A stretch of DNA of 63,892 bases, filler included, from Choristocarpus tenellus KU-1152 (GCA_964200185.2; 7 parts of 7 records of this genome joined end to end with filler, not necessarily neighbours in it); one strand, 5' to 3'. Positions 1 through 13,916 are shown, counted from the first letter of the whole stretch. Notes: generated from the letters alone by a model not told the origin. Numbers and translations: made by a program.

Positions 1-24
1 CCCCCCTCCCAGATACTTCGGGTC
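1..24 (+). mobile_element. MITE family B, 3' terminal fragment
   Basis: cccccctcccagatacttcggg matches the right end of the full copy at 6683-6867. Confidence 0.6.
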
Positions 25-823
25 AGGTCACTCAACTCCTGAACAGTACTCAGCATTGCTTGCTAGTACACATCATCCGCCCACTTGCTAAGTGCAAGTG
101 TATAGACTGTGACCAAAATAATCCATGGAAATTTGACAAATATCCCTGTGGTCCAGGGATATACCTGACAACTGTAGTAAGGGCCCAGTCACGTTGATAG
201 TTGGCACGAAGTGTGAGGACAGCAATATTTCATAAATGATAACTTCATGCATTGGATGCTCAGCCCTGGGCACCCAGAAGGTACTCTCTAGATGAGTCAT
301 CTCTATTTTGTCACAATATTTACATCCCTTGAATCGTCACAACTCAGCATCTTCCTTCCCCTGGATAATTATGAATGAAAGAAATTATCATTCTTTCTGG
401 TAACCTTAGGGGGGGGGCAGCCATGAGTGTATGCCCAGCATGTTTCCCTATCACTTCATATTTTCAGTCACTCATGAGGTATGTACCACCCAGACTCAAC
501 CAGTGCTTTGATTTTTTGTGAGACACATATCTAGTTGCGACTTATCGTCTACTGCACAGTCAAGAAACATCTGCTCTGTCTCTATCAGGGTCTACTTAAT
601 GAAACCCTTCACAACCTTACAAACCTATTCCGTACACATATTCCAAAGCAATTCAAAGGCTACACCGACATGCACGAAATGTGGGTAATTCGTATTGATA
701 CGATTGTGGAATAAACTCTTCCTGCAAGGAAATTTCCTGAACTGTTCAACTGCTATATCAGAGACCATAACACACTAAGATAAGTCCATTCCCTCTCTGA
801 CAAATTATCCCTGCTGGGGCTAG

Positions 824-3800
824 ATGCGTCTACCAATGGACTGTAAGCATTGATGATGGGGAGGAAAGTGGAGAAGACTTTCCTGATCCTGCACCTGCCA
901 ATGCTCCCTTACCCAAAAAGTCCCCAGAGGGGGAAGAGGGAGAGGAAGAAGAAGAAGACGGCGAGGATGAGGAGGATGGTCCAAAGGTTGAACCATGGTC
1001 GGGGGAGGATGAGGACCTCATCGAAGGCTCCCAGGAGGTGTGAGGCGGCCTCAAAAAATGGGAGGGTATTGTCTTGGGGATATGGAACAGTTGTTGTGTT
1101 CAAGACCACGTCAACGACATCAGTACTATTGAGGAGTACCACACGATATGCATGGTACAAGTGCTGCACCAAATGCATGCTGGGGTCTCTTGGGCGGGAC
1201 ATACTGAGGACTATATTTTTTGGTATGCTGTAAACCCGCCTTCCTGACCTTCACCTTGAAGGAGATGCGTGCTTGAAATTAGATTTACAACAGATATGTA
1301 ACATCACTATGTCACTGAACGATTCTGCTTACCCCATTGAAATTTCAGGTGGTCATCGATTATAGAAATGAAGACATGACAAATACAGCCAGCCTTCAGC
1401 AGAGTGTTACTTCTGGTCTGCCCTGGATATCATCAATCACAGACTCAGGAACAGAGGACACAGCACCGTGCATTCCTGACGATGATTTGGAGCTCGAGTG
1501 GATTCATGGATATTCCGCACAGGTCCAGCCCTCATTGTGCTCGAAATAGTAAAATATTGCAGCCACTGTCCAGGGGTGAATTTTGGGGCTGCAATAGGTT
1601 AGCAGGGTGACACGTTTAAAACTGACAGGTACTCTCTGTAGTGTAGGTGGTGCTAGCTCAAGTGTTTGTGGAGTACTTGCAGGTCATACTTTGCTGAGAG
1701 GAGGGATCGAAATTCGTTTGTGTTACAGCGCATGCACAATGTGCATGGTTCGTTACATTCCGCTTTGCTGGTGAAGAGTTATGATTCGATGAGGAGCCAC
1801 TGTACAACATGCCTGGCCCTTCAGACCCAGAGGTATCATTATAGAGGTTATGGGTCTATAATGATGAAGGCAACTGGCATTATATGCTGCAATGGAATTG
1901 ATTAATCGCCCCCCTCTATAAGACAATATTTCCTACAAAGATGACTCTCAACCCTACATTGGTACTGCAATTCTCTACAGATTACGCACACACATCAGTC
2001 ACAAACAACTTGAAAACGATACACTGATGTCTTGTGCTCCATAGCACGCTCTATGGTCTTCATGCCTAGATTTGTCCTATTTGCTCCGCTTTCGCAACTC
2101 ATTCACGAGATGAAACACCTCAATTCTTCCTGACCAACTTGACCACTTCATTCCACACCTCGCACAGTAGATTAACAATTTCCCGAAGAAGTTAACAATG
2201 CAAAAAAAAAATGAACTCCTTTCTTTAAAGATCTTGCCTTTCAGTTTGATTGAACGTGGATTTGACATTTGTGTGCCCTTAATCACTGCAATTTCAGAGT
2301 TCTTGCCAAAGTCTGCAAATGATGTTCTTGTGTGACATGAAGTACAGAGTTTGTAGTAGAGATATTCTTGGATCTAAATTCAACTTGACAACTATTCCAT
2401 CGTCTTGCCTACCTTTCTGGTTGAAGGGTTCAAGACAAAACTTGGTATATAACAGGAATGGAGAGATCATCTACCCTGCAGCCTGTGTGGGGGTTGTCAT
2501 GACGAAGGGTACCAAACCTGAGCCTCACAAGCAGTCCTTCAACCTCGGGCATACGCAGGTCAGACGCTGTAGCGAGAGGTGGACTATGCTATGGGATTTA
2601 CCAGGCAAATCATCAAATGTTGTCAGGAGTTTCGGCAACAAGAAGCTGCCAGCCCATTTCAACACTCCAATATTCCATATTTCCTGATTCACCACGCATG
2701 AAAGAGCTCACTGCACGCACATCAGATGTCGAGCATACTATAACCAATTTCATTCACATTGTTCAAGGTGGTGATGTTTCTTTTGGCTATCAGTTTTCTT
2801 CCAAGAGTTCTGCACAACAGCTGTTCATTGCCACCCCCAGAATATAATCCAAAAGAACGGGACAACCCTCCCCATCCGTTCCTTTCTATATATCTCAACA
2901 TATTTTCCAGGCCATTAGTTGCCTAACCATTCACCCAGACAAGGCACACGTAGCAACAGGCCAGGCAGGGGGTTCGCCTACTGTCCTCGTCTGGGACTCC
3001 ACAAGCCCCAATAAAACAATCAAGGCACGCCTGAAGCTAGCACAGGAAAAAAGGGGTATTTCCCAGGCAAGAAGAGGGGGGAATGGGGATGGAACTCTTT
3101 CCACAATGAGTGAAAGGGAGCCATGGAGTCATGGTTGCAATGTTGTTTTGGAAGACAATGGAATGCTGGCTTGTTTCTTACTCTAGCAATGTACTTTGAG
3201 ATAGCAGAGATACTATTAAGAATGCTGAGAAAGCAACCACTACTACAGAAGGATAGACTACAAGCAATGAGTCCTCCATCATGAAATATTGAAGGGTGAA
3301 GCGGCAAGTCTCCGTCTTTTTTGATGCACATGGTAGACTGGGACAGAAGTGTGGGAGATCGAATGTCTGGAAGACACGGAAACATGTGTGATGGGAGTGA
3401 GTCAAAGTATTTTAAAGGATAGGGCCGCGTCCGTTTAAGGTCCAAAATCCAATGTTGCAATTTTGATGGATTTTGGCTATAGTGTTTGTTGGCAAGTGTC
3501 AATACCCATGCTCCAGACAAACCTTTCATAGTCACATACATGTTACCTATCCGAAATGTTTCGAAAACCGAAAATGAGTATAAAAAGCCCTTAGGAAGAC
3601 AAGCCCCGGATAGACAAACAGGGCAAACTCCTACTTTCGGAAGTGCTTTGAGTCACTGACTGAGGAGGAGCGGTGATGCTTGTTGCAATAAGAATAGCTA
3701 GTACTGTACTACTAATATACTTTGAAGCATGTACAGTACATATTATTGGGAAAATAGAGAAATGCTTGGTCACCTCCCAGAATGCAAGTTTGAAAATATA

Positions 3801-6800
3801 TTGCAGATAAACCACAATGCAATTACAATTCACCACAAATATTATGCATCTCAAAGACAATTTTGATCAACTGCGGAAAGTAACTCCACCAAGTAGAGAG
3901 GAAAATTAGTCGTATGTACAAGTTGGAGATATGTACCACACAAGTCAAGTCAGTATTGTTGACAATGAGTATTAAGCATTAAGTTGTTGTTGTGGCGCTT
4001 GTCTTTTTCTTCGTTTCCAATTTCAACAGATTATGAGGCAATTTCTAACTACTACATGGAACTAGAGAACTAATCAGTTATCCTAGTACCTTGGGGTTAT
4101 GCCTGCCGGAACCAAGCATCATACAGTGAGGTTCTTAATTCTATGCAGCAGAAAAGCTATCCACACATTGATCAGGCGTTGTCCTGGCACACACTCTGAA
4201 GTGAAGTCAAAACTACTGCACACCAGGCCACAAACCTTGAACTTGAATGACTGGCAATTGTCACCTCAAGTCTCATCCAAATGTGAAATAGATGATCCGT
4301 CCTGTCTTCGAGTCTCCCCAACCTATATCATACAATGATCATGACGCTTTGCAGGTTTGTTTCAGTTCAGATGGGGAACTTCTTGCTGCAGCATGTGAAG
4401 ATGAGGGCCATACGGTCGTGGTCTACCGTTGGATGTCTGGGATACTGAAGGGCCAGGCTAAGGCAGGAGTCAAGAAGGTACTGGCCCTTTGTTTTAATCT
4501 CGACTCCCAAGAGCTCTTGGCTGCAGGTCACAAGCATTTCAAGGTGAACTCAAGATAGGAGAGAGTCTTAACAGTGCCAATGGAAAGACCTATCCCACCT
4601 CCTTTTAAAGATAACCTCTCAGATTACGAGATCCCTAGGGCAAACTGAATGCGGATTCATCTGAGAGTGATATGAATTCCTTGGTCTTAGCGCAGTGCAG
4701 GTGGTAAAGAAGGAACGATGTCAATGCCAATACTATAAACTTTAACTTGATTCAGTAACATATCACATGTATGTGCTTACAGGGGCAAAAACTAGGCATT
4801 GTAGGGTCACAATAATGTAACAGGTTTAATCTATGTAAGTGCTTCGAATCCTCAAAACCTCAACATGTGGACTCTAGGCCGGTTACTCACTCAATAAGGA
4901 TCAGCTTTGACTCTAGATGTAGCAGCAATAATGGGCAAAGGACGCCACTACCAAGTACCTTCTTCTGGCCGGACAACTCCAAATGTCCAGATAATCCTCA
5001 GAAACTCCGATTCAAAACGGAAATGAAAAAGAAAACGTTCTGCCAACGGTCTATGGAGGAAATGGCTAAACATGAAATTTAGTAAATGGAAACATCACCA
5101 CAGGTCGCTGTATAATGCTATAAGAATTCCATACTGCAGTGGAGGACACCTTGATGTGGTGTGACCTTGCTCTGTGGATACTCCATCAGAACGAAGTTAA
5201 CACAGTGTGGTGCACTCAGAGCACTTGCCGAGATCTCATTGAAGAGTTGATTTACATGTGCAGGTTTGGACTCTCTCAGGAGGAGGTCTAATGAGAGGGA
5301 AAGGTGGACTCTTCGGTTCAGGTTCAAAGGTGGGAAGGACGTCATTATTTCAGAGTATGTAGTATAATGGATTTATTGTAGGTGGGAAAAAGGTGCTATT
5401 ATGCTTCCATTAGTAGTTGTGTGAGTTTTCTTAACGAGAGCTAGTGTGCCTTGAAATCCAAGTCTAATATGAAAGGCACTTTCACCATTGACGGGGAAGA
5501 TATGCGCCACCCTGTAACTGTTTCAACATCCCTTATGCTCCTATTTTCTGACACAGCAATATACAGGCCTCGGTTTGAATATTGAATACCTTGGTCCTGC
5601 CTCATCCATCTTGCCTACAGGTGCAGACTTTGCTATGTGCAGTCAGTATCTCTAATGTCGAGGAGGATGGATCATCTTTTTTGCTTGGTGGAGCTGACGG
5701 CAACTTGCTCAGGTAAGGGAGGAGGGTTAAGTTATGGTGAGAGGGTAGATACTACACTGTTTTGTTGTGATTTGTATTCCCAAATGGAATTGAAGAAATA
5801 TATCAGTCTTAGGTTGAATTGAGAACTACAAGAGTGAGGTAGTTGACTTCCTCTTGCAAAGTGACCTAGTGCTACAGTCAACTGAGATATGCACTAGAGC
5901 AATGTGTTACTTTAGTGTGTGCAATTGAGCATTTCCAAGCACTGGATACAAAACAATGCATACCTATACGAATACAGCAACGTTTACCTACAACCTGAAT
6001 ACAAATAAAGGCTTGAGGGACGCAAAGTGTCTACGACAACTGAGGCTCACGAGGGACCTGTGTATGCCATTTATGCATACCCTGCCGACGATGGTTCTGG
6101 CACCTCCCTTGTTACTGGTGGTGCTGATGGCAAAGTCAAGATGTGGGATGCTGAGGTATTGCAAAGAACTGTACACTTCCCTCTGAGTTGGTCAAAATGG
6201 ATATATTACCGGGATGGAATAATGAGCTGTAACCCCGTACGCTCTCTTTCTCTCTTCCTCTTGCTTCTGACCTGTGTATGCCAATGCTCGAGAACGGATT
6301 AACACAATGCAATGCTGGTGAGACAAATATCAAGTCCTGGCACCAGAAAATCGCCCACCTTCGATTCCATTGCCACATACTTCAGCCGCCTAAACAGTTC
6401 CCTTGTCCCCAATGCGACGTCTTGCCACCTCTATCCTAACGTCAATACTCTTCTGCAAGCTTGGACTCCTCAATGAGTTTGACATGCTGGATCGCAATTA
6501 CTTGTGGGGGCCACGCCCTTGTGTTCGCTCGGTTTGCTTGAACAGTCACTCAGATGGACGAAAAATCCTTGTTGGCACCGCCTGTAGTGAGGTGAGGTTG
6601 TGATTGAATCTATCTCACCACTATATTATTGCTGAGAGGAATGCCAGGTCCTCAAATACATGATGAGATTTTATACTTTGTCAGCTCAAAGTATCTTGGG
6701 GGGGAGGGGGGAGTGTACGCCAGGGTGTCCATTCGGGCCCTGACCAGGAGCAGTACACTTGCATTATCCATCCGACGCATGCAACCAAATTAACCAAAAA

Positions 6801-9800
6801 TCGGGACATGGAAAAATGAGCCCCAAATGGACACATGCCACCCCTCCCCCTCCAGATACTTTGAGCCAGTCAAGTCGCCTACATCAGTTTCTGACCTGAC
6901 TATTGGTGTGGACTCCCATTGGCTCTGTTATTTCCGAGGACAGTTCATTTACCTCTATCATATGTGTATTTTAAGTCTCTCAACTTAGGAAATACTGCTT
7001 TCGACCCCTCGGCAGATTTTGGAAATTTTGACCAGCGACGGAATGGACGTTAATGGAGGGACATGCCTCATGCAAGGTCACTTTCGTGATCAACTGTGGG
7101 GATTAGCTGTCCACCATGCCAAGGTTTGCCAACATCTCCACCCACCAATCCTCACAGTCTTCCACTCAACATATGACTCAGATATTGAGACATGTCAGCA
7201 TATGCACATGGCCAAGGCTTGGAGCTAGATATTCAACTCTCTGATTGCATCAAGTAGAGCTTCAAAACTGTTCTAGACCCTAAATATGAAGAACCTGAAT
7301 GAACGTTTATTGCTCGGATTCCTGAATTGCTGTGGGGAGGGGGTTGAGCCACTGCAGATTCTCCTGTGTTCTTGTGACGCACTCATAGGCAGAGAACCCC
7401 TAGATAAGTATTGAATTGACCAAAAAAGGTCATTCATACTTTTCACTTGTCAGGTGTATATAGTATACCTTGATAGCAATCCATTTATTAGACGGTGGCA
7501 CACATATTACTTCTAGTGCAATACATTCCAATCCAGTTCGGAATGATGAGTAGGCTCGACCAATGACCCTCTTCTTGACAGCACCTCATAGTAGCACTCA
7601 CTGAAGTGCTCCTACTTGACTCGATTTTCCCTCAGAAGAAAATTTTGTCTGTAATTATTTGATAATACTTTTTGATACTCTCAAACCACCCTCTAGCCTA
7701 TCTACAGTACAGCTGGGGATGATGGCATGCTGAAGGAGTGGAACGTCACCACCCAGAAGTTGAAACGACAGTTGGATCTTGGAGGTGAAGTGTTATTTAT
7801 AAGCATGAATTTACTCTGGAGATGAGTTACAATTCCAAGTATTTCTCTCTTGCATGTTCACTGCCCAGAGTGAAAGTATCTTAGAGGGTACGAGTTTTGC
7901 CCTGTTTGACCATGTGGGGATTGACTTCCCATGGGTTTTCAATGACATTTTACCTACTCCAAAATGTTTCGAAGTAGGTAAAATGTATATGTTATGAAAA
8001 GGTGTGTCCGGAACAAGGATATTGACATCTCCTAACGAACACGATAGCCAAAATTACATCAAAATTGCAACATTGGATTTTGTCCCCCTTATGGACACGG
8101 CTCTAACCTCTGAGATACTTTGACTGGGCATCAAGAATAGATCAAGAGGGTAATTTTGTAAAGGGAGACACCAAGTTCTTTGATATATCTCCGTTCTGGT
8201 GGAATGGGAGGGGATGCTTCCCGTCAAATCGACATCCAGAGTGCATGGAAAGGCAAACATTGCTAGATACTCTGTACTGAAAGACAGTTCTTTCAGGCTT
8301 AAATTTGAGACCTAACCGGTATCTTATATCCTTACTAACATTTGTACTCATTATGTTTTAAGGAGAAAAAAAAATCAGTGTACACGGAGCTGACATTGTT
8401 ATAGAATTCTTTGTGCACTTATTTTTGAAACTTGATTATGTCTTCCCTGTCACCTAGGTTGGATCCGAGCTATCTGTTATTCACCCAATGGTCTCCTCAT
8501 TGCTGCTGGAATGGGGGGAGAGGTTGAGAAGAGAAGCAAAAGACACACACCAAGAGAAGAGGATGGCAAGATCAAGATCATCTCAGGTGAGCTGAGCTGG
8601 ATCTCATGCCTCCTGGTATGTTCATGTCTGTCACCAATATCCTGCTTTTAAGTGTGACTAGGGTGAATCTCTATTATCATGGAAGAGTTCGACACCTTTG
8701 CCAAACAACGCTTTCTCACTCCAATATGACTGAATCCAACCTCAGAGCAACACCCATCAAACCTCACATGATGTTGGAACGATCAATAATACTCAATGCC
8801 CCCGCATTTATCAACATGACTCCATGCATTGTCCATTTCCCAGGGATGGAGGAAAACTTTAGAGTGGTCAATGAACTGGCGGATGCTGCTGGGCCTATTT
8901 CCGTCATCCGCTTCAGTCCCAATGGCAACAGAATGGCAGCTGCTTCATTGGACGGTAACATCTACCTGTACTCTGTCCTTGAAAACTTCCAACTTCAGGT
9001 CAGAACGATGTAAACTCAGAGCAATTCTGAGTATTGCTTTTGATCTGCCCCCACTGTTCATTTTTCCATTGTCTATGCAATCAATGGCAATGTCGGCAGT
9101 GGGGATATAGTAGTCAGGTGTTATCAATTCATACGCTTAATGCTGTATCCATTTTCCAACCTAGCTGCCTTCTAGAGATATCAAGACTAATGTTGCTGCT
9201 TATTCCAATGCACCCGGCAGATCCCTTTGGAGCTCTTGAGGTTGGAGTATCTACAACTTGTCATGATTAGTTCTAAGAGTTTGTCTCATATTCAAGCACG
9301 CACTCCGACGTATTCCAAACGACAAGCACTTGCCCTAGCCCACTCTTTGCATCTTGTGAACTTCGTCACTACCACAATCCATTTTTCACTACATTATGTA
9401 GTCGCCAACCCACCACTACCCAATGTCCCATACTTTCTCTCCTTCCGCCGTCCTCCTGAGTCTGAGAATTCGAACATAATCGAGTAAACTTAGACTTGTG
9501 ATAGTGGTGGGGTCTGGTATACTTAGGCACAAGATTCTCGTACATCCCAACAAATTCAAATACCAATACCAATCCCTAATCTTATCTCATGCAACAATTG
9601 TGCTAATGCTCAACCAGTGCATAGCTGAGGTGGGAACTGAAGCAGTTCTGAGGATGGATATGTCCAGTGATGGGGAATGGATCCGGGCTGAGACAAGAAG
9701 CTCCAGCGCGAGCTTTGAAACTCACTTTATCTCAGCTGAAACAGGAGAGAAGTGCACAGACGACAAAGTAAGCCCAACCAACCTCGTTCCTGCTATAATA

Positions 9801-12800
9801 CTTTTGCTCATGGCCAAAGTCAGGCGGTGCTGACAGATTCACAGACGTATTGTTTTTTTTATTGTTTTGCATGTTCTTGAGTTTCTTACAAGCAATAGTC
9901 ATGATCACACTCGCAAGGCATACACCTTGATGTGCTGCATATTTCAAAATATATGACGAGGATTTAGCTACATATAGGTAGTGTAGGATCATGAGTTCTT
10001 CTCCTACAAAATTAAAGACATTTTGGTGTGACAGAAAATCTTTCACCATCAAATGACATGCTTCAGGGTGGACTACACAGTCCAACACGCCCACGATCAA
10101 ACAAATAGTAACTCCAACTTGAAAGACCAATATGTTGCTTCCACGCATCTAGCATTTCTGTCCTCAGCCAAGTGCCCACATCTGTCTCTTGGTTGCATCG
10201 ATCAAAGTTGTCAACAAGGAGTGCAATCAGTGCTACAGTATACCACAATAACACAGCTATTTGTCGGAACAACCCTGTACCAGGTAATTTCAAACGAGAC
10301 AGAATTTGCAACTTGGTCCGGACTGTGCGGACCACAAGCCACGGGTGTGTGGCCCTCCAGCGCCACCGGTACTCAAGATGTCGTTTCCTGCTGCCGTTCT
10401 AATAGTGGAAACCTCTTGGCAACAGCAAATGCATGCGGGGGTATCAAACTCTTCAGGTGACTGCATTGTAAAATGGATGTAGAGTGAGCTCTGCCGCTAG
10501 AAGAACTGAGCTGAAATTGAGTGAAAGTATCTTAGAGGGTACGAGTTTTGCCCTATTTGTCCATTTGGGGCCTGGATCCAATGGGGGTTTTTTATGACAT
10601 TTTCCTACTCCAAAATGTGTAGGAGTAGGTAAAATGTACACATTATGAAAAGGTGTGTCCGAAACATAGATATTGACACTTCCTAACAAACAGGATAACC
10701 AAANNNNNNNNNNACATCAAAATCGCAACATTGAATTTTGATCCACAAATGGACGCGACTCTACCCTCTAAGATACTTTGGCTCATTGCGTTTCTACCTG
10801 ATCAACACGTACAATCAGAAACATAAGCAAGTTTTCTATGGCGTTTCTTGCTCTCTTCCACATACTCTTCAATACACTCTACCCTGGTGGTTCATGAAAG
10901 GATTGGGCACGGGAACCAAGGCGCTTTTGCACCTTCCTGGCTCTCAGGGGAATGCCTTTGTTAGAAAAGCAATAGTTATTTGTCAAGTTATGATCATTAC
11001 CCTTCTTGCTCTTGGTCAGACCTGCAAAGTCACTCCTTTCACATGATTCACTTCAAATATTTTTTCTGCACCTCAATGCTGCTAATCTTGCCGCATAAAA
11101 AAAAAGATATCCATCTGTTGGGAGATCAGCCTCTTTCAAAGCCTTCTACGCTCATTCCCCTGGTGCAAAGGCTGTGGAATTCCTCTGCAAACCTCTGGAC
11201 GGAAGAGTCATTTCCACAGGTAGTAGGGACCGATGTGTTATGCAGGTGAGGCCACAAAAAGCCAGGAAAACTTTGGCTTGAAGTATTTCCATGAAAATAA
11301 AAACATCCTTTTCCTCACTACTAGCACGTTTTACTCATTCAGAATCAACCTTTCATCGCCTCTTGATGGTGGTGTTGAACGATGCTAAGATGTTAAGCTT
11401 AAACATATTCCTGACTTTTTTCTTGAGTGTGGATATTCCGTGCCAAGTCAACCACTACGCCCACAAGACACACCACACAGTACCCCGCCCCAGCCTTCTT
11501 GGCCAACTCCTTTCAAGGGTCTCATCCTCTGGCAACAAAACAAACACAACACAATCTACTTAGAGTACAATATAGTTCAGGAAAGATCCTGACTTTGGTG
11601 TAATATCCGAAAGAAGATGCAAGTCTCATAGTTGAATTGGGGACATATTATTTTTTCTAACCTTAATGAGCCAAAGAGCCATAACATCCTCGAGGGGAAT
11701 GCTGTTGAGTGTAAGAGGCCCCTGTGACTACCTTCTGGACCAAGTGCTCCTAGAGCTCTCTAAGGCACTTTCATGCTTGTATTAATGAACATCCATCTCC
11801 TCTTCTACAGCCACAGCCTCCTGATGGGGGTTGGCTGCATTTTGGGGTGGGAATGGGGGTGTCGGGTAGAATACTACTTCATTTTCCTCGATCTAGTCAA
11901 GAGGACCAGAATCTATTCCTCTCCAAATTACTATGACTCGAATTGATTCAAAACAATTTCAATACAACGATTTTTCATAGTTCTCGGCCATTTCATTCGA
12001 CTGGCATGATACAAGAATGCACCTCCCTTATTACGCCTCTCACGCAAGAAATGCCAGCCGGACTAAAACCAAGAAAGCATGTGCTTTTTTCTTGATCCTT
12101 GAAAACCCCGTCAAGAAGTACAAAGAGAGCAATGTAGAGAGAGAGAGAGACAGGAGATAGGAAACAGTGTATTGTTTTTTCTTACCCCGAAAGTTCTCAA
12201 AGTAGATAATAGGAGTCCTAATTCTCGTCCACAATGTTGCAAGTGATTGTCAGAATGTGGATCGTCCTGTCTTCTAAGTCACTGTGCTAAGCAACCGAAG
12301 AGCTCAAGAGTGACGTGTCTTCAAATGACATGGGGAATGTGATAGTGCTCAATTCATTACTATAGTGTGATGTGCCCAGGTTTTTCGAACTACTCATCAA
12401 TTTGCTGGCATTAGCCCTAGAGCCTCTGTGCTGGAGAATGACTGATACCTGTCCAACACTTCATGTCTCTTATAGTACTCAAGCCTCCAAAGTGCTTGTT
12501 GCTCTCACCAACATAAATAATTTCTGTTTCTGCCTATTCGCAGACCTAGCTGCTTCCAAGTACAAGTTAACCCCTCTGTCCACAATATTGATACTCCTGG
12601 TGATACATTGTGGAGAAGTCGTTCAATTGGGCCTCACTCTCTGTGCATATAATACGGTGTCATGACCCCCATTGTCTGGTTATCCCTACACAAACATACC
12701 AACATGCAGTGGCGACGAATAATTCCGAGTCCTGGAGATCCCACTACCCTTGGCGCTTCCTGCCCACCTACAGCTGAGGAAGACGTTTGGGTAGCAGCAG

Positions 12801-13675
12801 AGGTAATATGACGCAGGAAGGTGCTACGAGTGCTTCCAAATGCAGTAGCAATGGGTGCTCCAAAGCTCCTATCAAGGGCGAGAAAAAGATGGTGGAAGAG
12901 TACCATCACAACCTTAAAACATTAACATGATCTCTGATTGATTGTGATGGGAGCGTCATTTTTTTTTGCAAATCCCCATCAATTCTTTGGTAGTCAGGCA
13001 ATAGTTGCGTGAAACTGGATGGCGGATTATCGCTATTATTATGCTAGAACAAGGTATGGCCCAGCAAATGCTAGTGCCTTTTTTTGGTATCCAGTGTTCG
13101 ACTTCATTGCTGCTGGTTGCACTTGAAGTGTAAGCATTGCTTATTGAGCCATCAATAACAAAATTCTGCTTGACTGTGTTCTACATTTCACCCAGGTTTC
13201 CTCGCAGGCTAACTCCACTAAACCTGAGGTGGTGTCAGATTCCAACCCCCCTCCATTGGAAAATATTGAGGCCCTTAGCGGTGGTTCCATCAAATCAGAG
13301 GGATCTAAGCCTGAACGGGTCATGCTCAAGGTGGACTTTGCTTATGGGTACTCTTGTTCTGGTTCGACAAGGTAAGACCAACAACGCAGTCTTGTCCTTC
13401 ACAGCACATTGATAAGTATTGCTGTAGATCACCATAATGTACCCGTATGATACCTTATCATCCATGCCTGTTGTTAATTTTCTTTAGAATCATGTTGTTC
13501 TGTGGTTGGGTTGGGAGCTGTTGCACCTGTTGCAATCATGGATCTCAAATGATCTCATCCTGCTCTGAATGCCACACACCTGAACTCCGTCCACACCCAT
13601 AGGGGTAATTTGGACTTCACTTCTTCTGGCAAAGTGGTCCTTACCTGCGCTTCCGTTGGTGTGGTGTATGACAAG
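824..13675 (+). CDS. Echinoderm microtubule-associated protein-like (EML5/EML6-like, HELP + WD40 TAPE repeats), partial at both ends, ~19 exons
   Basis: Phase-consistent exons: 824-1037 (CVYQW + acidic linker), 1349-1522 (LELEWIHGY, HELP motif), 2427-2558 (RQNLVYNRNGEIIYPAACVGVV), 2911-3066 (ISCLTIHPDKAHVATGQ), 4355-4543, 5264-5329, 5621-5712, 6011-6155, 6460-6591, 7016-7123 (MQGHFRDQLWGLAVH), 7697-7784, 8458-8586, 8844-8998, 9618-9767, 10284-10456 (FATWSGLCG..GVW..IKLFR), 11107-11245 (YPS..DRCVMQ), 12710-12802, 13196-13371 (LKVDFAYGY), 13603-13675. Motifs match EML family repeats. Confidence 0.9.
3399..3654 (-). mobile_element. MITE family A (~256 bp), diverged copy in reverse orientation
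   Basis: Begins gagtcaaagtat; internal sequence aligns by eye with the reverse complement of 61000-61255 (ccaaaatccaatgttgcaattttgatg ... agacaaacagggcaaactc). Confidence 0.7.
6683..6867 (+). mobile_element. MITE family B (~185 bp), full copy in an EML intron
   Basis: TIR gctcaaagtatct(t)ggggg ... ccccctccagatactttgagc; internal ccagggtgtccatt...cattatccatccgacg shared with other copies. Confidence 0.8.
7868..8126 (+). mobile_element. MITE family A, full copy
   Basis: TIR gagtgaaagtatcttagagggta ... taacctctgagatactttgact; internal palindrome ttttacctactc...gtaggtaaaa. Confidence 0.85.
10519..10784 (+). mobile_element. MITE family A, full copy (10-N gap inside)
   Basis: gagtgaaagtatcttagagggta ... 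taccctctaagatactttggctc. Confidence 0.85.
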
Positions 13676-13784
13676 GTGAATCAAAATGCACATGGCCTAG
13701 TCTGGACACATATCTCAACGTGGGTGCAATTCCTTCACAGTGTTATTTCCTCCCAGCCTGTACAGTGCCTTTCATTGTTTGATA

Positions 13785-13816
13785 GACCCAAAGTATCTTG
13801 GAGGGGGGGGGGGGGG
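13785..13816 (+). mobile_element. MITE family B, 5' end truncated by contig end
   Basis: cccaaagtatcttggagggggg running into the gap. Confidence 0.6.
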
Positions 13817-13916
13817 NNNNNNNNNNNNNNNNNNNNNNNNNNNNNNNNNNNNNNNNNNNNTTAATTAATTAANNNNNNNNNNNNNNNNNNNNNNNNNNNN
13901 NNNNNNNNNNNNNNNN
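13817..13916. other. Artificial contig-joining spacer (N44-TTAATTAATTAA-N44); also at 27258-27357, 32077-32176, 46944-47043, 54368-54467, 60734-60833
   Basis: The same 100-nt N-padded linker with stops in all six frames occurs six times. Confidence 0.97.

Noticed and set aside
850-1233. Overlapping ORFs 850-1233(+), 909-1202(-) and 830-1054(-) as genes
   Set aside because: Off-frame or antisense shadows of the acidic EML exon 824-1037.
13861-13872. Recurrent TTAATTAATTAA palindrome as a biological motif
   Set aside because: Always centred in 100-nt N spacers; it is an assembly linker.
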